IMG/VR virus record: IMGVR_UViG_3300031953_000059
Location: 1 to 38,661 of that record
From: a virus
Lineage: Duplodnaviria; Caudoviricetes
Strand: one strand, 5' to 3'
Length of the DNA stretch: 38,661 nucleotides
Shown here: one piece after another, positions 1 to 8,144 of the stretch
How the letters are laid out: every line of letters starts with the position of its first letter
Numbering within the stretch: the stretch's first letter is position 1
The notes under the pieces: generated by a model
The model's database searches: none
What the model saw: the letters and a program-made list of their open reading frames with translations, nothing else
Told to the model about the DNA's origin: nothing
Program-made: the position numbers and the translations under genes

Positions 1-28
1 GCTTTCATTTTCTCTCCCGGGGGTTCCG

Positions 29-1585
29 ATGGCCGCTGAGCCGAGTGCTCGCGTGTCTTTGGCGGAGGTTTTGGCCCTTCGTGGTGATCCGATGTTGGGT
101 GCTCATTCTGAGTGGGCTTCTCATCTTTTGGATGTTCCTGAGGATTCTGCGGTGCCTTTGGCGATGTCGGGCCCGCATCCGCGTGCTGTTGGTTCGTTTG
201 GCCAGGATTTGATCGATTGGTCGAAGACGGTTGGTCTGAGCTGGGGTCGCGCTGGGGCTTGGAAGCCGCCTCGGTGGTGGCAGGAGCTGGCAATCATTCG
301 GCAGTTTGAGCACGATGCTGATGGTGTTTTGGTGTGGCGGGATGTGCTCGAGTCGGCTCCGCGTCGTGTTGGTAAGTCGGTTCGTCTGCGGCAGTCTGCG
401 GTTTGGCGTACGGCTCATTCGTCTCTGATTGGTGAGACGCAGTTGTCGATGCTGGTGTCCAAGGATCTGATGATTGGCAAGGAGATTCACGCGAAGTCGT
501 GGGCTTGGGCTGAGAAGCAGGGGTGGATAGTTCAGCGTCGTGCCGGGGGTCAGGAGATCCGGGTTGCTGATGATGAGGATTCGGATCGTTGGCTGTTGAG
601 GGCTCCGGATGGGGCTTATGGCTATGACGTGTCTTATGGGCAGGTCGATGAGGCTTGGGATATCAAGCCGGATGTGATCACTGACGGTATTGAGCCGGCG
701 TTGCTTGAGCGTTTGTGGCCGCAGTTGCATATGACTTCGACGGCGCATGTGAAGGCTTCGAGCCTGATGCGTGGTCGGTTGATGAATGCGTTGCGTGATC
801 TGTCTGAAGACACTTTGTTGTTGTTCTGGGGTGCGCATCCGGATGCTGACCAGTCTGATCCGGCGACGTGGCGTGCTTCTTCACCTCACTGGTCTGAGGA
901 TCGTGAGCGGTTGGTGACGGAGAAGTTCAAGGCCGCTAAGGCGGGTGAGCTCGATCCGGAGATGGATGACCCTGACCCTTTGCGGGGTTGGGCTGCGCAG
1001 TATCTGAATGTGTGGCCGTTCCTGCTGAACGCGGGTGGGTCGAAGGTTCTCCCAAAGTGGGGGGACTTGTCGGCACCTGTTCGGGTGGGAACACCCGAGG
1101 CCCTGGGGGTCGCTTGTGACCCGGACGGTACTTGGTTGTCGTTTGGTGCTGTAATCCCTGGCCCCAAGCCGCATCTTGGTCTGTTGACTCGTCTTCCGGT
1201 GTCGCAGCGGCGAGCGTTCGTTGCTGAAGTTACTCGGGTGGCGTTGAAGTATGACCGCACTGTTGTGCTCGATAAGGGTGGGCCTGCGGCGTTCCTTATC
1301 CAGGACATTGAGCGTGCTGGTGTGCGGATGGATCTGATCGGCACTGACCGGTATGTGCAGGCAGTTGCTGATCTAGTGCAGGCGGTGGATTCGGGTGAGG
1401 TCGAGCACGGAGCTTACCCCGACCTGGATGCAGCGACGGTCGCTGCTGATTGGCGCATGATCGGCGATCGTCGCGTGTTTGCCCGCAAATCGGGGGATAT
1501 CTCGTCATTGGAGGCGGTTGCTTTGGCTTTCCATGGATCAGTTTTTGCCCCTGTTGTACAGGACTGGATGGCGACTTTCGGATGA
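29..1585 (+). CDS. terL: Terminase large subunit
   Basis: 518 aa; Walker A-like SAPRRVGKS, Walker B GQVDEAW, coupling motif MTSTA, C-terminal RNase H-like region; first gene before the portal. Confidence 0.9.
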   Translation: MAAEPSARVSLAEVLALRGDPMLGAHSEWASHLLDVPEDSAVPLAMSGPHPRAVGSFGQDLIDWSKTVGLSWGRAGAWKPPRWWQELAIIRQFEHDADGVLVWRDVLESAPRRVGKSVRLRQSAVWRTAHSSLIGETQLSMLVSKDLMIGKEIHAKSWAWAEKQGWIVQRRAGGQEIRVADDEDSDRWLLRAPDGAYGYDVSYGQVDEAWDIKPDVITDGIEPALLERLWPQLHMTSTAHVKASSLMRGRLMNALRDLSEDTLLLFWGAHPDADQSDPATWRASSPHWSEDRERLVTEKFKAAKAGELDPEMDDPDPLRGWAAQYLNVWPFLLNAGGSKVLPKWGDLSAPVRVGTPEALGVACDPDGTWLSFGAVIPGPKPHLGLLTRLPVSQRRAFVAEVTRVALKYDRTVVLDKGGPAAFLIQDIERAGVRMDLIGTDRYVQAVADLVQAVDSGEVEHGAYPDLDAATVAADWRMIGDRRVFARKSGDISSLEAVALAFHGSVFAPVVQDWMATFG

Positions 1586-1737
1586 GCGGTGAAATGAGAA
1601 CGGTTGTCCTCGAGTTGTTGTGCGTCGCCGCCATGGTCGGATTCTGCGTTGTTGTCTGGTGGCCTTCCGCGCTTCTGGTGCTTGCTGTGGCTGCTGGGTT
1701 CGCTGCTTGGAATGAGAATAGGAAGGGTATGCGATGA
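1582..1737 (+). CDS. Small membrane protein between terminase and portal
   Basis: 51 aa MSGEMRTVVLELL...; two hydrophobic segments; ATGA overlaps with terL and portal. Confidence 0.7.
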   Translation: MSGEMRTVVLELLCVAAMVGFCVVVWWPSALLVLAVAAGFAAWNENRKGMR

Positions 1738-2846
1738 GCCTGTTCTTCCGTACTGAGCAGCGTTCTTCCGGTGAGTGGTCAAGTTGGTCGTCGTCCTCTG
1801 GAGTTTCGCAGACCTCAGCCACGCACCTGACTCCGGTATTCGCATCGATCCGCCATATTGTCGACTACATTTCTACGCTTCCGGTGGACTTCTATCGGAA
1901 CGTGGATGGGGCGCGTGTTGCCGCGCCGAAGCCCGAACTGATCCGAAACGTGGAGGGCGAGTTCGGGCTGGACACTTGGTTCGGGCAGATTGCCTATGGG
2001 CTAGCTACCCGCGGAAATGCGATTGGCCGTGTGACCGCTTCGGGGCAGTCGGGGCCGACGATGATTCAGTGGGCTGGTTCTTGGTCCTCGATCGGAGATT
2101 CTGAGACTGACCCTTGGTGGGTTGATGGGGTTCAGCGCGGCTACCGTTCGGTGGAACAGGTGCGGTGGATTGTCCCACCTGGGAAGCGTCTTGGCTTGTC
2201 GCCGATTGAGCACTATGCGGCTATGGTGCGTGCGGGCTTGGCAGCTCAGGACTATGCGAATGTTGGTCGTGGTGGCGGTCTTCCGCCTTCTGACATCACG
2301 AACACGGCCCTTTCAGAGATGCCCACCGAGTTGATCGCTGCTGTGCAGGCTAAGGCGGCTGCGTCGTTCGCGACAGGGCTGCCGTTTGTGCATGGTAAGG
2401 ACTGGAAGCTTGAAGCGGTTGACATTCCGCCGAATCATTTGCAGTTCATTGAGACGTTGAAACTGTCGGCGAATGCGATTGCTTCCGTGTATGGGATCGA
2501 CCCGCGAGAGGTTGGTGGGTCGGCGTCGGAGTCGCTGACGTACTCGACTGATGAGTCGCGGGCGTTGAATCGTGCCCATAATCTCCGCCCGTATCTTGTG
2601 CGGATTGAGAATGCCGTGAACCGGTGGATAGCCGGCTCGGTGTACATGAAGTTCAATATCGACGCGACTGTCCGCGCCGATATCAAGACTCGCACCGATG
2701 TAGACGGAGCGAAGGTTGCTGACGGGCGTTTGTCCGTCAATGAAGCGCGCGCGCATGACGATCTGGCCCCTGTGCCAGGGGGCGATTTCTACAACATTCC
2801 ATCACCCAAACAGGAAATCCCCATTGCTCGGAAGGAGCAGCCATGA
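1734..2846 (+). CDS. Portal protein (HK97 family)
   Basis: GLSPI motif, QFIETLK..IASVYGIDP, C-terminal LSVNEARAHDDLAPVPGGD. Confidence 0.93.
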   Translation: MSLFFRTEQRSSGEWSSWSSSSGVSQTSATHLTPVFASIRHIVDYISTLPVDFYRNVDGARVAAPKPELIRNVEGEFGLDTWFGQIAYGLATRGNAIGRVTASGQSGPTMIQWAGSWSSIGDSETDPWWVDGVQRGYRSVEQVRWIVPPGKRLGLSPIEHYAAMVRAGLAAQDYANVGRGGGLPPSDITNTALSEMPTELIAAVQAKAAASFATGLPFVHGKDWKLEAVDIPPNHLQFIETLKLSANAIASVYGIDPREVGGSASESLTYSTDESRALNRAHNLRPYLVRIENAVNRWIAGSVYMKFNIDATVRADIKTRTDVDGAKVADGRLSVNEARAHDDLAPVPGGDFYNIPSPKQEIPIARKEQP

Positions 2847-3517
2847 GCGAGACGAAAGAAGTTCGTTTCACATCCGTCACGGTCGAGGCACGCGCCGAGG
2901 CCAACAACAGAACTATCGGTGGTTATGCCGCGAAGTTCAACAAGCTTTCACAGAACTTGGGTGGCTTCGTCGAGCGTATCGCCCCCGGATTCTTCAACAG
3001 TGCTCGTGCTGATGGTTGGCCGGATGTCATTGCCCGCTACAACCACGACGACAACATGCTCCTCGGTACTACTGGTGGTGGCACCCTCCGCCTCGGGATC
3101 GATGACATCGGCCTCACATATGAGGTTGATATGCCAGCAGCACGCTCAGATGTGTATGAGCTCGTGCAGCGGGGTGATGTGCGTCAGTCATCGTTCGCAT
3201 TCGTCGCGACGGAGGAAGACTGGGGTGTCACCGATCAGGGATTTCCGCAGCGCAGCTTGATTTCTGGTCGTCTCTATGATGTCGCACCAGTGAACACGCC
3301 GGCTTACCGTGACACGTCTGTTGCGGCACGGTCTATTGATGCCGCAATCAACTCGCTGGCCGCGAAGTTCTCTGCTGACCCTGCGGAGATCCGTTCGTTG
3401 GCTGCAGAAAATAACCTGATCAAGCTGTTCAAGCGAAGCGATGAGGTTGTTCCTCCTGTTTCTACGTCGATCTCCGCACAGGAGGCGGTAGCCCGCGCGA
3501 TGGCGCGGAAGAAGTAA
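2843..3517 (+). CDS. Prohead maturation protease (HK97 family)
   Basis: IGGYAAKFN, GFVERIAPG, YNHD, SSFAF, DVAPVNTPAY motifs. Confidence 0.95.
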   Translation: MSETKEVRFTSVTVEARAEANNRTIGGYAAKFNKLSQNLGGFVERIAPGFFNSARADGWPDVIARYNHDDNMLLGTTGGGTLRLGIDDIGLTYEVDMPAARSDVYELVQRGDVRQSSFAFVATEEDWGVTDQGFPQRSLISGRLYDVAPVNTPAYRDTSVAARSIDAAINSLAAKFSADPAEIRSLAAENNLIKLFKRSDEVVPPVSTSISAQEAVARAMARKK

Positions 3518-3677
3518 AGACCACCGCCTTTATGGGCGGTTAGAAGGTCTATCAGTACGCCGATAGGTTCGCGCGAAACGCGGGGTGACGGCTACAGGCT
3601 GATCGACTGACGCCGGGTGGCGACACCAACCGGGGAATCCAACAAATACCAATGGACCCCCGAAAGGAGTCACATCT

Positions 3678-4910
3678 ATGTCTAAGCTCATCGATCAGCT
3701 CGCCGAGCGCCGCAATGGCCTCGTAGAGCAGATGACCCAGATCGCGACCTCGGCCAATGCCGAGGGTCGCTCTATTGACGGCGAGACCCTCGCCAAGTTC
3801 GACACTATCCAGGCCGAGGTTGACGGCATCGACCAGCGCATGAAGTCGATGATCGAGGGCGAGCAGCGTGCCCGCGACATTGACGCATCCTTCCGCCCGA
3901 CCTCGCAGCAGCGCAACGAGCTTGAGGTCGGAACCTTCGGAACCTGGGCGCGCGACTCCCGCAACGGAGACGTGTACGACCTCGAGCGCGTTCCCGGTGC
4001 GGAGCAGCGGGCCATCGATGCACACCGCCACCCAGAGCGACGCGATATGTCGTCCACGGGTGGCGTTGCAGCAGCCGGTGTTTACAACCAGCTCTGGGAG
4101 TATGCAGTCGCCTCGTCGCAGATCCTGCAGTCGGGTGTAACGATCATAAACACGGCGGACGGTAACACCATCCCGATGCCGCGTGTGACCGTGCATGCCA
4201 CTGGTGCATCTGCTGCAGCCGGAGCGAACATCACCGCATCGGACGCGACGATCGACACCGTAGACCTCTCGGTCATCAAGCGCGGTTACATCACCTATGT
4301 CCCGTCTGAACTGATGCAGGATGCCCAGTTCGACATCGAGGGTTACCTTGCCCGCGCTGCCGGTCGTGAGCTGGGCCGCCTGATTGGTGCTGTCGCGTCT
4401 ACTGCCGCCATCGCCGGATATACAGTGTCCGGCGCTGTTGGCCCTGGCACGTCAGCCTCGGGCACCTTCGGCGCGCAGGCAACTGCTGGCCAGGGCTCGG
4501 ACCTGCTGATCAAGCTGTTCCACTCGGTCCTCCCTGAGTACCGCACGAACGGTGCATGGCTGTTCTCGGACTCGGTGGCCGCGCAGATTCGCAGCCTCAA
4601 GGACTCGACCGGTCAGCCGATCTGGCAGCCTTCGCTCGCTCTGGGTAACCCGCCTACGATCGACTCGGCTCCGACCTACATCGACCCGAACCTTCCCTCG
4701 TTCGTCGGCACCCCGGCGACCGACTCCGGTAAGAAGATCGTCTACTACGGTGACTTCTCCTCGCTGGCAGTTCGTATCGCTGGCGGTCTCCGGTTCGAGC
4801 GGTCGAACGATGTCGCGTTCGCAAAGGATGCGGTCGCGTTCCGTGCTCTCGTGCGTACCGGCGCGGTCGTACTTGACGCGAACGCTGTCAAGCACCTCGT
4901 CCTCGGCTAA
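3678..4910 (+). CDS. Major capsid protein (HK97 fold, N-terminal delta domain)
   Basis: 410 aa; coiled-coil N terminus, SELMQDAQFDIEGYL, LKDSTGQPIWQ, YGDFS, FAKDAVAFR; RBS AAGGAG. Confidence 0.95.
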   Translation: MSKLIDQLAERRNGLVEQMTQIATSANAEGRSIDGETLAKFDTIQAEVDGIDQRMKSMIEGEQRARDIDASFRPTSQQRNELEVGTFGTWARDSRNGDVYDLERVPGAEQRAIDAHRHPERRDMSSTGGVAAAGVYNQLWEYAVASSQILQSGVTIINTADGNTIPMPRVTVHATGASAAAGANITASDATIDTVDLSVIKRGYITYVPSELMQDAQFDIEGYLARAAGRELGRLIGAVASTAAIAGYTVSGAVGPGTSASGTFGAQATAGQGSDLLIKLFHSVLPEYRTNGAWLFSDSVAAQIRSLKDSTGQPIWQPSLALGNPPTIDSAPTYIDPNLPSFVGTPATDSGKKIVYYGDFSSLAVRIAGGLRFERSNDVAFAKDAVAFRALVRTGAVVLDANAVKHLVLG

Positions 4911-4921
4911 GGGGGATCGAT

Positions 4922-5341
4922 ATGGCTATTGGTGACGTTCGGGGTATCCCGAACCAGTACATCCTCATCCTTGATGGTGAGGACCGTTCGGCGGAGACCA
5001 CCTCGTGTTCTCTGGCGAAGTCGGCGAAGTCGTCGCAGACGTTCTCTGAATATCGGTCTGGTGGGGCAAAAGCCCTCAAGATGACGGTTCTGCAGAACTT
5101 CACGAGCGGCTCGGTGTGGACCCACGCGAATACCGTGGCCGACATCGGCACCTCTGTGACTGGCATGTTCCTCCCCCAGGGGTCGGCTGCCGGTCGTCCG
5201 AAGTTCGCTGTCACGGCGACGATCTCTGCACCAACGTCTGATGAATGGGTTGGCGGTGAGGGCGGTGAAGCGACCGCTGACTCTCCGACGATCGACGTTG
5301 AGTGGCAGCTCGTCGGTGGTTGGACGCAGTCGACGCTCTAG
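4922..5341 (+). CDS. Probable major tail (tube) protein
   Basis: 139 aa beta-rich, S/T/G-rich, pattern F.PQG....P.F..T..I...VGGE....T..VEW typical of small actinophage tail tubes; no other tube candidate before the chaperone. Confidence 0.65.
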   Translation: MAIGDVRGIPNQYILILDGEDRSAETTSCSLAKSAKSSQTFSEYRSGGAKALKMTVLQNFTSGSVWTHANTVADIGTSVTGMFLPQGSAAGRPKFAVTATISAPTSDEWVGGEGGEATADSPTIDVEWQLVGGWTQSTL

Positions 5342-5348
5342 AAAAGCC

Positions 5349-5386
5349 GGTGCGGGTGGGGATCATGCCCCCCACCCGCACCTTTC
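5349..5386 (+). terminator. Intrinsic terminator after capsid and tail tube
   Basis: 13-bp stem GGTGCGGGTGGGG / CCCCACCCGCACC followed by TTTC. Confidence 0.75.
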
Positions 5387-5434
5387 ATCCCGGGCAGGAT
5401 CTCGGAAATCAGGCATGGGCATGAAGGGCATGAG

Positions 5435-6418
5435 ATGGAAAAGGGCACGGCACCGCTGCGAGTTGCTGCTGTAGAGGATGGTTCGGCGTGTGGGTATTAC
5501 CGCATCCGTTTGCCGTTCGACGAGATCGCCAAGCACGGTCACGAGATGAAGTATTCCCGCGAGTACGAGTTTGACGAGTCGTGGCCGGTGTTCGTGGCCC
5601 AGCGGTTTGGGTCGCCAGGGTTTCAGGCTCAGTGGTTGAAGTTATGGCGGAAGCACAAGCTCGTCTGGGAAACCGATGATGATCTGTGGAACATCGACTA
5701 CTCCAATAAGCGGGCAGTGAAGGCGTTCACACCAGAGTTTTTGAAGGCGATGGAAATGTGTGTGCGCACTGCACATACGGTAACGGTGACGAACGATCAC
5801 CTGGCCGAGCAGATGTCGCGTTTCAACCCGAACGTCGTTGTGGTTCCGAACATGATCGACGCGCCCTTGTGCGATGCCCCCCGCATCCGCCGCAAGAAGC
5901 TGACTATCGGTTGGGCCGGTGGCGACTCCCACCGCCGAGACCTGCGCTACATCGTCACCCCGGTGCAGCGCATCATCCGAACCACAGACGCGCAGGTCCA
6001 CACAATTGGTGCCGACTACCTCAGCGACATCCGCATCCCGCAGGACCGTTACCGGCACTCCGGGTGGGAAACGCGCCTCATTGATTACTACAAGACCATC
6101 GACTTTGACATCGGTCTGGCTCCTCTTGAGGACACCGTTTTTACCCGTTCGAAGTCCTACATCAAAGCCCTCGAGTACGGGGCGTTAGGTATCCCCGTTA
6201 TTGCCTCCGCTGCGGGCCCATACCTCGATTACGTCGAAGACGGCGTGACGGGGTTTCTCGTCAGAAAGGAATCGGAATGGATCGACAGGATGCAGTTACT
6301 GATCGCCGACGCGGACCTGCGGGAGTCTATGGGGGCAGCCGGCAGAGAGAAGGCCAGAAAGCACACGATCCAGCAGGGCTGGACACAGTGGGAGACGGTC
6401 TTCCGGTCTCTGACGTGA
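5435..6418 (+). CDS. Glycosyltransferase, GT-B fold (GT4-like)
   Basis: CGYYRIRLP, WETDDDLW, IGWAGG..H..DL, DIGLAPL....F...KS.IKALEYGALGIPVIAS...PY, GVTGFLV. Confidence 0.9.
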   Translation: MEKGTAPLRVAAVEDGSACGYYRIRLPFDEIAKHGHEMKYSREYEFDESWPVFVAQRFGSPGFQAQWLKLWRKHKLVWETDDDLWNIDYSNKRAVKAFTPEFLKAMEMCVRTAHTVTVTNDHLAEQMSRFNPNVVVVPNMIDAPLCDAPRIRRKKLTIGWAGGDSHRRDLRYIVTPVQRIIRTTDAQVHTIGADYLSDIRIPQDRYRHSGWETRLIDYYKTIDFDIGLAPLEDTVFTRSKSYIKALEYGALGIPVIASAAGPYLDYVEDGVTGFLVRKESEWIDRMQLLIADADLRESMGAAGREKARKHTIQQGWTQWETVFRSLT

Positions 6419-6470
6419 TATGGCCCCCAATGCTTGAGCGTGCCGTTGTTTCTCGGCGGGGTGAAGTCAG

Positions 6471-6806
6471 ATGAGTGTCAGCGCAGCCGATGTTCTAGCT
6501 GAGGCGGGCGCAGACGGCTCAGACACTGATCTCGCTACACGGGTCTTGGCTGAAGCTGTCATCCATGTGGAGAAATTTGTTGAGGACAACCTTCTCGACG
6601 TAGAGACCACAGTGCCTACTGAGGTAGAGGACTCTGCAGTGTTGCGGTGCGCCACCGACCTGTTCGCGCGTGCCAAGGCACCGTTCGGGACGCAGATCCT
6701 TTCGGATGGCAGCGGCCAGATGATACCTCAGCGTCTGGGCGCAGATCCACTCGGTGGCGTGTACTCGCTACTCCGCCCGTGGGCTGCAAGGGTCGGCCTG
6801 GGATGA
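6471..6806 (+). CDS. Head-to-tail adaptor
   Basis: 111 aa helical; VP..V.D.AVL..A.DLF...KAPFG and LLRPW pattern; position. Confidence 0.75.
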   Translation: MSVSAADVLAEAGADGSDTDLATRVLAEAVIHVEKFVEDNLLDVETTVPTEVEDSAVLRCATDLFARAKAPFGTQILSDGSGQMIPQRLGADPLGGVYSLLRPWAARVGLG

Positions 6807-7192
6807 GCGACCTGACCGACGCCCGAACCCAACTTGCCGCCATGCTTAACGCGGTCACCGGCATTCGGGCGGTGAAAGACCTTCCCCAAACGTTCACTCC
6901 CCCGATCTGTTGGGTCGCCGCTGGGTCACCATATAGGCAGCGCGCACAATCTATCGGCAAGAAGAAAATCAACCTCGTTGTCGTCTGCCTCGGTGGGATG
7001 TCGACGAATGCTGCGACCGAGGCCACTACGGAAGCACTCGCCGAACTTGTCGCAGACTCTATCGATAAGTCACTCGTGTTCCGGCTTGACCCGCTCGCGG
7101 AGATGGACCAGCCCCGGCTCTACCCAACAGCGCAGGGTCAGCAGATGCTTGGCATTGCAGTGAATCTCTTCTGCGAGTCCACCCGTGGCTAA
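6803..7192 (+). CDS. Tail terminator / tail completion protein
   Basis: ATG at 6803 (ATGA overlap), 129 aa MSDLTDARTQLAAML...; position in connector cluster. Confidence 0.6.
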   Translation: MSDLTDARTQLAAMLNAVTGIRAVKDLPQTFTPPICWVAAGSPYRQRAQSIGKKKINLVVVCLGGMSTNAATEATTEALAELVADSIDKSLVFRLDPLAEMDQPRLYPTAQGQQMLGIAVNLFCESTRG

Positions 7193-7694
7193 TGATCGGA
7201 TTGAGTGGAATACCGAGGAGCTGAAACTTTTCGCGAAGTCCCTGAATCACGACCGCGATGGTAGGCAGTTGAAGCTGCGCATGCAATCGCAGTTTGACTC
7301 GATCACTGAGACGTTCCGCGACAGGATGCGGCAGGGCACCGCCGATCTGAGAGGTGCTGGATCGTACCCTGCCGAGCTCGCCGAATCTGTGGATTACAAG
7401 ACGAAGATCATCGGCGGAAAGAATGCCCGTGTCTCCGTAATCGGAGAGGGCCGCACCCGGCAAGGCAAATGGCGTGAGGTTGGAAAACTCCTCGATGGCG
7501 GGTTCCTTTACCACCCCGCCTGGGGGCACTGGCGTTCCAACCCTCCCCCAGCGTACCTGCGACAGCTTGTCCCCTCTGGCCCCCAGATGGTCGATGATGC
7601 CCTCGACCGTTCCGAGCCGGTCATGCGAGAAGAAATTCGTAGCGTCCTCAATGACTATCTAGACCGATTGACCGACATCCGAAAAGGGATCTAA
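7185..7694 (+). CDS. Neck/tail completion protein (HK97 gp10-like)
   Basis: 169 aa basic, G...HPAWG..W motif; position. Confidence 0.5.
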   Translation: MANDRIEWNTEELKLFAKSLNHDRDGRQLKLRMQSQFDSITETFRDRMRQGTADLRGAGSYPAELAESVDYKTKIIGGKNARVSVIGEGRTRQGKWREVGKLLDGGFLYHPAWGHWRSNPPPAYLRQLVPSGPQMVDDALDRSEPVMREEIRSVLNDYLDRLTDIRKGI

Positions 7695-7707
7695 AGAAAG
7701 GCATGAA

Positions 7708-8004
7708 ATGACTACAGCAGCAGAGTTCGCGAAGTCCGGCATCACTGGGCAGACGTTCCGCGAGATCACCGAGAAGTTTGGCAAGGCATTCAACGCGGTG
7801 GCGCAGGAAGATCCCGTGATGGCCAACTACGCACTCGCGTTCGCATGGTTTCGTGAGCGGGAGCACCTACCTGTTCAGCCGGCTTTCGACAAAGCGATGA
7901 CCTTGACGACTGCTGGTGTGGAGTCGCTGTTCGAAGATTCGAAGGTCGAAGGTGTGCAGGCTGTCGTGGATTTCGACTCGCCGCCGCCTACGACGATGCC
8001 CTAA
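7708..8004 (+). CDS. Tail assembly chaperone (G)
   Basis: 98 aa just upstream of tape measure; ends near slippery site GGATTTC. Confidence 0.8.
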   Translation: MTTAAEFAKSGITGQTFREITEKFGKAFNAVAQEDPVMANYALAFAWFREREHLPVQPAFDKAMTLTTAGVESLFEDSKVEGVQAVVDFDSPPPTTMP

Positions 8005-8141
8005 CGATCGCCTACTGGTGCGCGGCGACTAAGCAACCTGTGTCGTCGTGGTTAAGCCTGACCACTTTGGAACATGAAGCGTTCCATGAAGCCGCCGTCG
8101 AGATCGGCAGAATCCATGCACGCACGGCGAAAGGGAGGTGA
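7968..8141 (+). CDS. Tail assembly chaperone -1 frameshift extension (GT)
   Basis: G GAT TTC at 7968-7974; the -1 frame is open (FRLAAAYDDALTIAYWCAATKQPVSSWLSLTTLEHEAF...KGR) to TGA 8139-8141 and fills the gap to the tape measure gene. Confidence 0.8.
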   Translation, partial: GFRLAAAYDDALTIAYWCAATKQPVSSWLSLTTLEHEAFHEAAVEIGRIHARTAKGR

Positions 8142-8144
8142 CCC

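Noticed and set aside
5-838. 277-aa minus-strand ORF and many other long antisense or alternate-frame ORFs in the track
   Set aside because: They shadow well-supported plus-strand genes, have low-complexity Arg/Pro/Ser-rich translations and no motifs; expected in high-GC DNA
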